Shown here: positions 8,615-17,002 of the stretch, piece after piece | Numbering within the stretch: the first letter of the stretch is position 1 | Layout: the number at the start of each line of letters is the position of its first letter | DNA from: Agriterribacter sp. | GTDB lineage: Bacteria; Bacteroidota; Bacteroidia; Chitinophagales; Chitinophagaceae | Direction: 5' to 3' | NCBI GenBank assembly: GCA_051955255.1 | Contig: JBQCGX010000158.1 | Location: 31,723 to 95,722, forward strand | DNA length: 64,000 nucleotides | The notes under the pieces: model-generated | Seen by the model: only the letters and a program-made list of their open reading frames with translations | Database searches by the model: none | Told to the model about the DNA's origin: nothing | Position numbers and translations under genes: made by a program

Positions 8615-10498
8615 TTAGTATTTAAGAAATGCATTGTATACCATTTGCATATACGCTTTGCCGGTAGTAAGCTTAGGTTGCACATCGTTTATCGGGCGGG
8701 TATGGAGGAGTTTCTGAGCGCGGTTGTCAAAAATGATAGTGTCACCGGGTGTAAGCCAGCCAAAACCATCGTCAAACGTATAAAAGGCAAACTGCTGCCG
8801 TTGCGGCGCCAGCAAATTATTGCTCCATGGAAACAGGGAAGTATCGAGCTGCAACTGCGCAGCAATGGTATTGACTACATCTGTTTGTGAACCGAGCGTA
8901 TTTATTCTTTTCCCTTTCACCTCTTGCTTTAAAACCTCTCCAAAAAACAACAGCGGAATATGATACCGTGCAGGCTCGTCAAACTTTCGGTAACGCGGCA
9001 ATAAATGCCCATGATCTGCTACCAGCACAAATAAAGTATGCTTGTACCAGTCTTTATTTTTAACTGAATCAATAAATGCCCCTAAGGATTTGTCGGTAAA
9101 GTAACAGGCGTTCCTGAATTTTTGTTCTGTACCACTGCCCGTAAATACGGGCGGCATAGGTACGTTAAAAGGTTCATGACTGCTGGAGGTTATTACATAA
9201 GAGAAAAACGGCTGCTTTGTAGCAGCAAGCTCTTTATCAACTTTTTTAAAAAGCGACAGGTCATCAGCGCCCCATTTGCTGAAGTAACCCGAATCTTCAA
9301 AATCATTTTCACCAATAATCCTGTCAAATCCCGCACGGTAAGCAATAGTGTTAAACCTTCCAAAGCTCAGTTCGCCACCATAAAAAAAATAATTCTGGTA
9401 GTTCTTCTTTTTTAACTCCAGAGAAATAAAGGGAAGATGTTCAATTTTATCGGGCTGATAAATGATGCTTGTTTGAGGTTGTGCAGGAAAACCGCTGAGC
9501 AAAGCAACTATGCCCTGGTCGGTTCTTACACCGCTCGAATAAATATCGGTAAACAATAACCCATCCTTTATCAATTCGCTCAATCGCGGCGTTACACTAC
9601 TGTCGCCGCCCAGCTCTTTTACAACATCGGCCGTAAAGCTCTCCAATTGTATAAACACAATATTGGGCCGTGGCTCGGTTAAAATAAGTTGAGTATCGCC
9701 AACGTGTGTCTTGTAAAGCTGTTGTACCAGTTCGGCAGCTTCCTTTTCGGGCAGGTAGTTGTAAATATTGGTTAGGCCATGGCTGCTGTTTTTTAAAAAA
9801 CTTTTTACAAGATGCCAGGTGGTATTTACCGCAGCGTGATTGGCGGCTGGCACAGAGCAGAAATAAGCAGTGCTTTCGTTAACTGGTATCTGTTGTACCC
9901 CCCCGCGAATGGTGATGGCAATAATGCCTCCCATCAGCAGCATGAACAATGAAAACTTCAGACGCTTTAGCAAAGAAATACCCCGCACATTTATCCTCGC
10001 AATTAAAAGTTTATACAATAACCAACAAACCATGCACTGCGTAAGCATTGCCAGTGCCAGCCAAAGCAGCGGTGCAGATTTAATGGTTTCAAATGCTTCT
10101 GCCGGGTGCGCTAACATGGTAATAGCCCGGTAATTCAGTTTAACCCCCCAGTTTTCGTATATACCCAGGTCGCCACCCGAAATAAGAATGGTGAAGATGA
10201 TCAGCACCCACGTATACCACTTCATAAAGGTTTCGAAGAAGGGGCGTTGCACCAGGTATTGCACAATGAGCAATACAAAGGGTATGATAGCAAAATATCC
10301 GCTGAGCGAAATATCCAGTTGCAGCCCATGCCAGAAACTTTCTATTCCCCTGTTAAATCCTGCTTCGGAAAATGCCCTGGAATAATATAATATGAAGGTG
10401 AGCCGTTGAATAAAAAAAACGAGCAGCCAAAAAAGGTAGTGACGTATAAAAACCTGCAATACAGGTAGTTTGGCCCGAGCCGAACCAAGGGTTATCAT
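8615..10498 (-). CDS. LTA synthase / sulfatase-family membrane protein (phosphoglycerol-transferase-like)
   Basis: 627 aa. It has about 5 N-terminal TM helices followed by an alkaline-phosphatase-superfamily domain (QLESFTAD, VADHGH). Confidence 0.8.
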   Translation of the reverse strand: MITLGSARAKLPVLQVFIRHYLFWLLVFFIQRLTFILYYSRAFSEAGFNRGIESFWHGLQLDISLSGYFAIIPFVLLIVQYLVQRPFFETFMKWYTWVLIIFTILISGGDLGIYENWGVKLNYRAITMLAHPAEAFETIKSAPLLWLALAMLTQCMVCWLLYKLLIARINVRGISLLKRLKFSLFMLLMGGIIAITIRGGVQQIPVNESTAYFCSVPAANHAAVNTTWHLVKSFLKNSSHGLTNIYNYLPEKEAAELVQQLYKTHVGDTQLILTEPRPNIVFIQLESFTADVVKELGGDSSVTPRLSELIKDGLLFTDIYSSGVRTDQGIVALLSGFPAQPQTSIIYQPDKIEHLPFISLELKKKNYQNYFFYGGELSFGRFNTIAYRAGFDRIIGENDFEDSGYFSKWGADDLSLFKKVDKELAATKQPFFSYVITSSSHEPFNVPMPPVFTGSGTEQKFRNACYFTDKSLGAFIDSVKNKDWYKHTLFVLVADHGHLLPRYRKFDEPARYHIPLLFFGEVLKQEVKGKRINTLGSQTDVVNTIAAQLQLDTSLFPWSNNLLAPQRQQFAFYTFDDGFGWLTPGDTIIFDNRAQKLLHTRPINDVQPKLTTGKAYMQMVYNAFLKY

Positions 10499-10645
10499 GA
10501 ATCGTTTATTGTTTATCGCAGCTTAATAACGGCGCAATGTACACGAAATATGCATTCGCGCAGTAGAATTAACTATTTAGTGGGATATGCGTAACTGTTA
10601 TGACAAAATTTTAAAGATGTGTAACTTTATAAAATATATTCTTTT

Positions 10646-11920
10646 ATGGAAACCTACGGAAAAATATTGCTGATTGCCATGCCTGTTTTCCTTGTTTTCG
10701 TGCTTTTTGAAAAATGGTACGGGTGGAGGAAACAAAAAGAGGCTGTGCGAAACATGGATATGATCAGCAGCCTTAGCAGCGGTATTACCAATGTTACCAA
10801 AGATGTTCTTGGGTTAAGCTTTTCCATCATCTCCTATAGCTGGCTGGTGCAGCATTTGGCAATTATACATATTACTGCCACCATCCCCGTATATATCATT
10901 GCCTTCCTGTCCCTTGATTTTGCGGGATACTGGACGCACAGGGCAACCCATGAAATAAACCTGTTATGGAATGCCCATATCGTTCACCACAGCAGCGAGG
11001 AGTTTAACCTGGCCTGTGCCTTACGACAAAGCGTATCCGTTTTTGTAAGAATTTTTGTAATACTCCTCATTCCCGCCGCTCTGCTGGGTGTTCCCGAAAA
11101 AGTAATTGCCGTGGTGGCACCACTTCACCTGTTTGCACAATTCTGGTATCATACAACCCACATCGGCAAAATGAGTTTTCTTGAAAAAATCATCGTAACA
11201 CCGTCTCATCACCGCGTACATCATGCCATTAACAAAGAGTACCTTGACAAAAATTACGGACAGATATTTATTTTCTGGGATAAATGGTTCGGCACTTACC
11301 AGGAGGAATTGGCCAGCGTAAAACCTGTATACGGCATTACCCGCCCCGTACGCACCTGGAACCCGCTTAAGATCAATTTTCAACATATAGCATTGTTAGT
11401 AAAAGACGCCTGGCGTACTAAACGTGTAAGAGACAAATTCCGCATCTGGCTGATGCCAACCGGCTGGCGTCCGGCAGACGTATCTGAAAATTATCCCGTG
11501 TATAAAATTGAGGATGTTTACAACTTCGCAAAGTACAACCCTAATTGTTCAAAAGCGCTGCTGGTATGGAGCTGGGTTCAGCTCGCACTTCTGCTACTTT
11601 TCATCTCCGGCCTGTTCGCGAACATTGCAGTAATTGGCAGCCCGGCCATGTTTGTATACGGCTTCTATATTTTTCTGCAAGTATATGCATTAACGGACCT
11701 TGCAGACAGGAACTTTTCGGCACTGTTTTGCGAAGTAGCGAAAAATATATTGGGAGTAGCCGTCATTTGCAAGTATGGAAACTGGTTTGGGCTTTATCCC
11801 GGCCTGCCGTGGATAAATAGCTTACTCATTGCCTACTTTATACTTTCTACGGTTATAGTGGCATTGCTTGTATATAGAAACAGACAGGAAGATCGCCAGC
11901 TTTTGCTACAGCCTCACTAA
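10646..11920 (+). CDS. Fatty-acid hydroxylase / sterol desaturase family membrane protein
   Basis: 424 aa with histidine boxes HRATHE, HIVHHSSEEFN and HHRVHH, plus an extra C-terminal multi-TM region. Confidence 0.8.
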   Translation: METYGKILLIAMPVFLVFVLFEKWYGWRKQKEAVRNMDMISSLSSGITNVTKDVLGLSFSIISYSWLVQHLAIIHITATIPVYIIAFLSLDFAGYWTHRATHEINLLWNAHIVHHSSEEFNLACALRQSVSVFVRIFVILLIPAALLGVPEKVIAVVAPLHLFAQFWYHTTHIGKMSFLEKIIVTPSHHRVHHAINKEYLDKNYGQIFIFWDKWFGTYQEELASVKPVYGITRPVRTWNPLKINFQHIALLVKDAWRTKRVRDKFRIWLMPTGWRPADVSENYPVYKIEDVYNFAKYNPNCSKALLVWSWVQLALLLLFISGLFANIAVIGSPAMFVYGFYIFLQVYALTDLADRNFSALFCEVAKNILGVAVICKYGNWFGLYPGLPWINSLLIAYFILSTVIVALLVYRNRQEDRQLLLQPH

Positions 11921-11976
11921 ATGGGCTATGGCTCAAATTTCACAACCGCGCGGCCTTTGCCTATCTTTGCAACTTC

Positions 11977-13029
11977 ATGCAGGCAACAAACAGGCAAAAT
12001 ATCAGGCATCTGAGCCTTGAGGCTTTACAGGACTATTTTGAGCAGTCGGGCGATAAAAAGTTCAGAGCCAAACAGGTATATGAATGGATATGGCAAAAGC
12101 ATGCCCATAGCTTTGATGCTATGACCAACCTGAGCAAAGAGCTTCGCAGCAAGCTTGCCAACGATTTTGATTTGCCTGCCCTTACTATTGATACATCGCA
12201 ATATTCAGCAGACGGGACGATTAAAAGCAGGTTCAGAACCGTAGATGGCCACCTGGTGGAAGGTGTGTTGATTCCGACAGAGTCGAGACAAACTGCCTGT
12301 GTTTCTTCACAGATCGGGTGCAGCCTTAGCTGCAAATTTTGTGCTACCGGCTATATGGACAGGAAGCGCAACCTGAACTATGATGAAATTTACGATGAAG
12401 TAGTACATATCAATCAGCAGGCAGAACAAACTTACCAGAAGAAGCTGAGCAATATTGTGTTTATGGGCATGGGGGAACCTTTGCTGAACTATAAAAATGT
12501 ACTCAAAGCTATTGAACGCATTTCATCCCCCGACGGGCTGGGCATGAGTCCCCGCCGGATTACTGTTTCTACCGCGGGCGTAGCAAAAATGATCAGGCAG
12601 TTGGGCGATGATGGTGTAAAGTTTAAACTGGCTTTATCGCTACATGCAGCTAACGATGAAAAACGCCACGAGATCATGCCCATCAATGATACCAACAATA
12701 TCAAGTCGCTTATAGAAGCACTCAATTATTTTTATCAGAAAACGGGTAATGAAATAACGCTTGAATACATTCTTTTTAAAGATTTTAACGACTCTATACA
12801 GGACGCTGATGAGTTGATAAAGATCTACAGGCAAATTCCTGCAGACCTGGTAAACATTATTGAATACAACCCTATTGATCTGGCTTCGTTTTCGAAGCCT
12901 GATGAAAGCACAACAGAACAGTTTATGCAGCATCTGGAAAAAAACAGGGTAAACGCCAGGCTAAGAAGAAGCAGGGGCAAGGACATTGATGCAGCCTGCG
13001 GGCAATTGGCAAATAAGGATACACAGTAA
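11977..13029 (+). CDS. rlmN: 23S rRNA (adenine2503-C2)-methyltransferase, radical SAM
   Basis: 350 aa with the CxxxCxxC cluster (GCSLSCKFCATG) and the conserved N-terminal FRAKQVYEWIW. Confidence 0.9.
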   Translation: MQATNRQNIRHLSLEALQDYFEQSGDKKFRAKQVYEWIWQKHAHSFDAMTNLSKELRSKLANDFDLPALTIDTSQYSADGTIKSRFRTVDGHLVEGVLIPTESRQTACVSSQIGCSLSCKFCATGYMDRKRNLNYDEIYDEVVHINQQAEQTYQKKLSNIVFMGMGEPLLNYKNVLKAIERISSPDGLGMSPRRITVSTAGVAKMIRQLGDDGVKFKLALSLHAANDEKRHEIMPINDTNNIKSLIEALNYFYQKTGNEITLEYILFKDFNDSIQDADELIKIYRQIPADLVNIIEYNPIDLASFSKPDESTTEQFMQHLEKNRVNARLRRSRGKDIDAACGQLANKDTQ

Positions 13030-13074
13030 TGTTTTTTATACGTAAATTCCATCTGGATAAAATCAATAAAACAC

Positions 13075-13278
13075 ATGAAAGGTGATCTGATCAAAAAGAT
13101 TGAATCGCTTCCGGAGGATTTTCAGAAAGAGGTAGAGCATTTTGTAGATTTTTTGAAAATAAAAGCAAGCGAAGAAACTGTACCGCTCAAAACACGAAAA
13201 GCCGGTTTTGCAAAAGGAATGTTTGTTATGAAGGATGGCTTTGATGATCCGCTTGAAGATTTTAAAGATTATCAATAA
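13075..13278 (+). CDS. DUF2281-type antitoxin
   Basis: 67 aa with LPEDFQKEVEHFVDFLK and C-terminal DGFDDPLEDFKDY. Its stop overlaps the start of the PIN gene (TAATG). Confidence 0.65.
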   Translation: MKGDLIKKIESLPEDFQKEVEHFVDFLKIKASEETVPLKTRKAGFAKGMFVMKDGFDDPLEDFKDYQ

Positions 13279-13661
13279 TGAACCTTCTCTTAAACACCCA
13301 TTCATTTTTATGGTTTGCTGAAAACTCTTCAGAACTGAGCAAACTTGCCAAAAGTGAAATAGAAAACATGAACAACAGATGCTTTCTGAGCATCGCTTCC
13401 TTATGGGAGCTAACTATTAAATTGTCTTTAAATAAACTTGAACTCAATCAACCTTTTGATGGTATTCCAGCTCTTTTAAATATTAACAACATTGAAATAC
13501 TTCCTCTTGAGTTCAAACATTTGAAACAACTTTTTCTTCTGCCTTTTCATCACCGTGATCCTTTTGACAGGCTTATTCTTTCGCAAGCAATCAGCCAGGA
13601 CCTGGTGATCGTTACAAAAAATGGGGTATTTGAAAAATATACATCAAATATTATTTGGTAA
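13278..13661 (+). CDS. PIN-domain (VapC-like) toxin, first acidic residue replaced (LLNTH)
   Basis: 127 aa with SLWELTIK, HHRDPFDRLILSQA and a PIN fold pattern. The N-terminal LLDTH motif reads LLNTH here (codon AAC at 13293-13295). Confidence 0.75.
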   Translation: MNLLLNTHSFLWFAENSSELSKLAKSEIENMNNRCFLSIASLWELTIKLSLNKLELNQPFDGIPALLNINNIEILPLEFKHLKQLFLLPFHHRDPFDRLILSQAISQDLVIVTKNGVFEKYTSNIIW

Positions 13662-13689
13662 TCGCAGAAAGTGATTTCTAATTTTTTTT

Positions 13690-14814
13690 ATGAGTAAAAA
13701 AGGCTTCGATAAATTCATCAATAAAGAAAGCGGCGCTAAAAAGAAAGAGCGTATCCGCCAGGAAAAGAAACAAATAAGAGCAGAAAAAAATGCCTACTTC
13801 GAGGAGCAAAAGCGTTTGAAGCGGGAGAGTAAAAAAGCGGCAGCCGGTGGTCAGCGAGCAGCAGTTAGCGGTCAGCAGTCAGCAGAAACCAGTAAACGAT
13901 CAGCAGTTGGTGGAGAACGGGTAATGGTCAACAAACAAAGAAAGGCGGTTAATAGTCAACGGCCAAATATCAGCAGCAATCAAAAATCAGCAATCAAAAA
14001 TCAGCAATCAGAAATCTCTACCAAATCTCAAATCTCAAATCCCAAATCAGAGATCTCCGAAATGCCGCTCAACAAATTTATTGCCTGGAGTGGCGTATGT
14101 GGCAGAAGAGAAGCGGCCGACCTGATAAAAGCCGGTAAAGTGTTAGTAAACGGACAGGTTATTACTGAACCGCCACACCGCGTTAGTCAGCAGGATAACA
14201 TTCGGGTGAATGGCAAAAAGATCGCGCTTCAGAAAAACCTGGTATATATTCTTTTAAACAAACCCAAAGACTACATTACAACCACCGACGATCCGGAGGG
14301 AAGAAAGACGGTAATGGACCTGATCAAACATGCTACCACTGAGCGTGTGTTTCCGGTGGGAAGGCTTGACAGGAATACTACTGGAGTAATGCTGCTCACC
14401 AACGACGGAGAACTGGCACAACGTCTTACCCATCCCAAATACGAAGTGAAGAAGATATATGAAGTGCGGGTAGACCAACCTGTTACTAAGCAGCAATTAG
14501 ATACGATTGCCACGGGTATAACATTAGAAGATGGATTCATTCAACCCGACGCAGTAGCTTATGCTGATACTAAAGACAAAAGTGTAATAGGCATAGAGAT
14601 ACATAGTGGCCGCAATCGCATTGTGCGACGCATTTTTGAGCATCTTGGTTTCAAAGTAAAAAATCTGGATCGTGTGATGTATGGCATTTTTACCAAAAAA
14701 AATGTAGACCGCGGTAAATGGCGTTTTCTTTCCGAAAAAGAAATACGCCTGCTTAAACATTTGAATACCTCATTTGCTAACAAAAAATCTCCGCAACAAG
14801 GTGCAAAAAAATAA
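13690..14814 (+). CDS. Pseudouridine synthase, RsuA/RluB family, with S4 domain and a long basic/low-complexity N-terminal extension
   Basis: It has an S4 domain (LNKFIAWSGVCGRREAADLIKAGKVLVNG) and the catalytic GRLDRNTTG. An alternative start at ATG 14062 (MPLNKF) would remove the 124-aa extension. Confidence 0.85.
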   Translation: MSKKGFDKFINKESGAKKKERIRQEKKQIRAEKNAYFEEQKRLKRESKKAAAGGQRAAVSGQQSAETSKRSAVGGERVMVNKQRKAVNSQRPNISSNQKSAIKNQQSEISTKSQISNPKSEISEMPLNKFIAWSGVCGRREAADLIKAGKVLVNGQVITEPPHRVSQQDNIRVNGKKIALQKNLVYILLNKPKDYITTTDDPEGRKTVMDLIKHATTERVFPVGRLDRNTTGVMLLTNDGELAQRLTHPKYEVKKIYEVRVDQPVTKQQLDTIATGITLEDGFIQPDAVAYADTKDKSVIGIEIHSGRNRIVRRIFEHLGFKVKNLDRVMYGIFTKKNVDRGKWRFLSEKEIRLLKHLNTSFANKKSPQQGAKK

Positions 14815-15523
14815 AATCGAGATCCTGGAAGAGGACGAACATTTTGTTGCCATCAATAAACCATCAGGATTGTTGTCTGTTCCTGCAAGAGAAGGTAATG
14901 AAATTTCTCTTAAAAACATCCTCGCAGAAAAATACGGACAGATATGGACAGTACACCGGTTGGATAAGGATACCAGTGGTGTGATTGTATTTGCCAAAAA
15001 TGAGCAAACACATAAATACCTGTCGGGATTATTTGAAGGCAGAGATGTTGAAAAATACTATACGGGAATTGTACATGGAGTTCCGCCCACTGAAAAAGGC
15101 AGTATTGACGCCCCTATTGCGGAACACCCTGTAAAAAAAGGTATAATGGTTACCAATAAAAAAGGCAAACCTGCCTTAACAGATTATGAAGTGGCAGAAA
15201 CATTCGGAACCTTCTCTCTCATGCGATTCCGCATTCATACCGGCAGAACGCACCAGATACGGGTGCATATGAAACACATTGGACATCCGATTGTGTGTGA
15301 TACTGTTTATGGTAACGGCGAACCTGTGTTGCTTTCGTCTATCAAAAAAAAGTTCAACCTTTCCAAAAACGAAGAGGAGGAACGCCCTTTGTTCAACCGC
15401 CTGGCTTTGCATGCCGAAAAATTGATCTTCAGAGATCAGCAAAAAAAACTGCATGCATTAGAAGCGCCGTCTCCTAAAGATATAAGAGCATTTTTGCAAC
15501 AATTGAGGAAATGGAAAGGGTGA
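14774..15523 (+). CDS. RluA-family pseudouridine synthase
   Basis: 249 aa with HRLDKDTSGVIVFAKN and HTGRTHQIRVH. The track start is TTG and overlaps the upstream gene, so GTG at 14801 is an alternative. Confidence 0.85.
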   Translation: MLTKNLRNKVQKNKIEILEEDEHFVAINKPSGLLSVPAREGNEISLKNILAEKYGQIWTVHRLDKDTSGVIVFAKNEQTHKYLSGLFEGRDVEKYYTGIVHGVPPTEKGSIDAPIAEHPVKKGIMVTNKKGKPALTDYEVAETFGTFSLMRFRIHTGRTHQIRVHMKHIGHPIVCDTVYGNGEPVLLSSIKKKFNLSKNEEEERPLFNRLALHAEKLIFRDQQKKLHALEAPSPKDIRAFLQQLRKWKG

Positions 15524-15547
15524 ATAGAGTTCCCAACTTTGAAAATA

Positions 15548-15843
15548 TTAGTACCGATTTTTCTTCGGATCTTTTCTCATATCAAAAATGGATAAAAGTT
15601 GAATCTGATCATTTTTGATTCTGTAAAAAATTCTATTGTGAGGCGTAATAATATGCTCCGCACATTTGTTCTTTTCAACGATATCTGCCCACCTTCTGGG
15701 TGCCTGGCGATAAAGTCTAGTTTCTCTTCCACTTTTTGAAGAAACTTAAAGCCGGTTGCAGTGGAAAATTCTTTCTGGAGATATTCATAAATAGCATGCA
15801 CATCCTTACGAAAACGTTTTGTAACAACTATTTTTTTCTCCAT
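15548..15843 (-). pseudogene. ParE/RelE-family toxin with a single-base frameshift near 15645-15655
   Basis: The track ORF (15577-15843) ends in the non-family tail SILLRLTIEFFTESKMIRFNFYPFLI. Shifting frame at about 15650 gives IITPHNRIFYRIKNDQIQLLSIFDMRKDPKKNRY followed by TAA at 15548-15550, which is the canonical ParE-like C-terminus. Confidence 0.65.
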
Positions 15844-16091
15844 TCATCCATTTCCTTTTTAAAATCATCAAGAGAAATGGTATCGCCATTTTCTGCTTCG
15901 CTAATGGCTTTATCAAGTTCCTCTAATTGTTGCTTGTCCAAATTATCAACTATGTCTTTCTTAGAAGCATAAAATGCAGCCTCTTCCATCAGATAGTTCA
16001 ATGCAACCTCATCGTCTATTTCCTTTAGCAATTTATAAATCTTTGCTTTTACTTCGTTTGGTATGTCACGACATTTACCTGTAGTATACAA
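15828..16091 (-). CDS. Putative antitoxin partner of the ParE-like gene
   Basis: It has an acidic helical C-terminus (LDKAISEAENGDTISLDDFKKEMDEWRKK) and overlaps the toxin start by 16 nt. The track start is TTG, so the real start is uncertain. Confidence 0.5.
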   Translation of the reverse strand: MYTTGKCRDIPNEVKAKIYKLLKEIDDEVALNYLMEEAAFYASKKDIVDNLDKQQLEELDKAISEAENGDTISLDDFKKEMDEWRKK

Positions 16092-16206
16092 TTTTTCGAT
16101 AGCCTTTTAAAGACTAGAAAATATTGCCACTTGCATTACCATGACCGGCCCGCTATTTGGAATTAAAGGGTTGTGAATCTTTTTGAAGCTACGTGTTTCA
16201 TTTATA

Positions 16207-16824
16207 TTATTTACCCACCGGTAACGCATACCTCAAATTTATCGAGATCACACGATTTTTAAATCCGCCGCCATTGAGGTTTCCGGCTTGTACCATGTTG
16301 GTTAAGCCATAATAAAACCGCAAATTGGCCGTAATGCCTTTTACAAACTGCGACAAATCGTACCCGGCTCCTACATTCAATCCAGCATCCACCCTTTTGT
16401 AGCCGTCTTCGATTTTTTCTGAATGACCGTTCCATTTTTCCCGGCCTCCTATGAAAAGACCAACATTGGGTCCGGCCTCAACATGGAAATTTTCGATAAC
16501 GTAATATTGAATCAATAGAGGTAACCGCAAAAAATTAAACTTTATGTGGCCCGATCCTCCGAACGCTGTATTTTTCTCACGTGTGCCCTCTACAGAATAT
16601 AAGAGCTCTGCATGTGCCCCTATTTTTTCATTGGCTTTATAGTTTGCAAATATCCCTGCCTGGAAACCGATCAATGGTGTCAGCCGATAGTTGTCCGCAT
16701 AATTACCGTTCCAATGTTGGGTGGCGATATTTAAAGATGCGGATGGACCAAAAGTGGTTTGTGCCCGGGCTTTAAAGCCAGACAATACAATTGTAATACA
16801 TGCGATAAGAAATAACTGTTTCAT
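16207..16824 (-). CDS. Outer-membrane beta-barrel protein (porin-family/PF13568-like)
   Basis: 205 aa with a signal peptide, alternating beta-strand pattern and a C-terminal aromatic region. Confidence 0.7.
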   Translation of the reverse strand: MKQLFLIACITIVLSGFKARAQTTFGPSASLNIATQHWNGNYADNYRLTPLIGFQAGIFANYKANEKIGAHAELLYSVEGTREKNTAFGGSGHIKFNFLRLPLLIQYYVIENFHVEAGPNVGLFIGGREKWNGHSEKIEDGYKRVDAGLNVGAGYDLSQFVKGITANLRFYYGLTNMVQAGNLNGGGFKNRVISINLRYALPVGK

Positions 16825-16941
16825 ACATTTCGTTTATCCTTTTATGTTGGTTGTTTGCAGGTATATATACGGCAAATGAATAAAAGGTCATCAGGAAAAA
16901 ACAATTTTTGTTCTATAAATATTTAACATTCCCATCTTCGC

Positions 16942-16984
16942 TCTCAAACAAAATGCTTTGCCAGCTGAGCCGGCAAAGCATTTA
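16942..16984 (-). terminator. Intrinsic terminator downstream of metE
   Basis: Minus-strand reading is AAATGCTTTGCCGGCTCAGCTGGCAAAGCATTTTGTTTG: a stem followed by a U-rich tract, about 20 nt after the metE stop. Confidence 0.5.
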
Positions 16985-17002
16985 AAATTAATCAATAATA
17001 GC

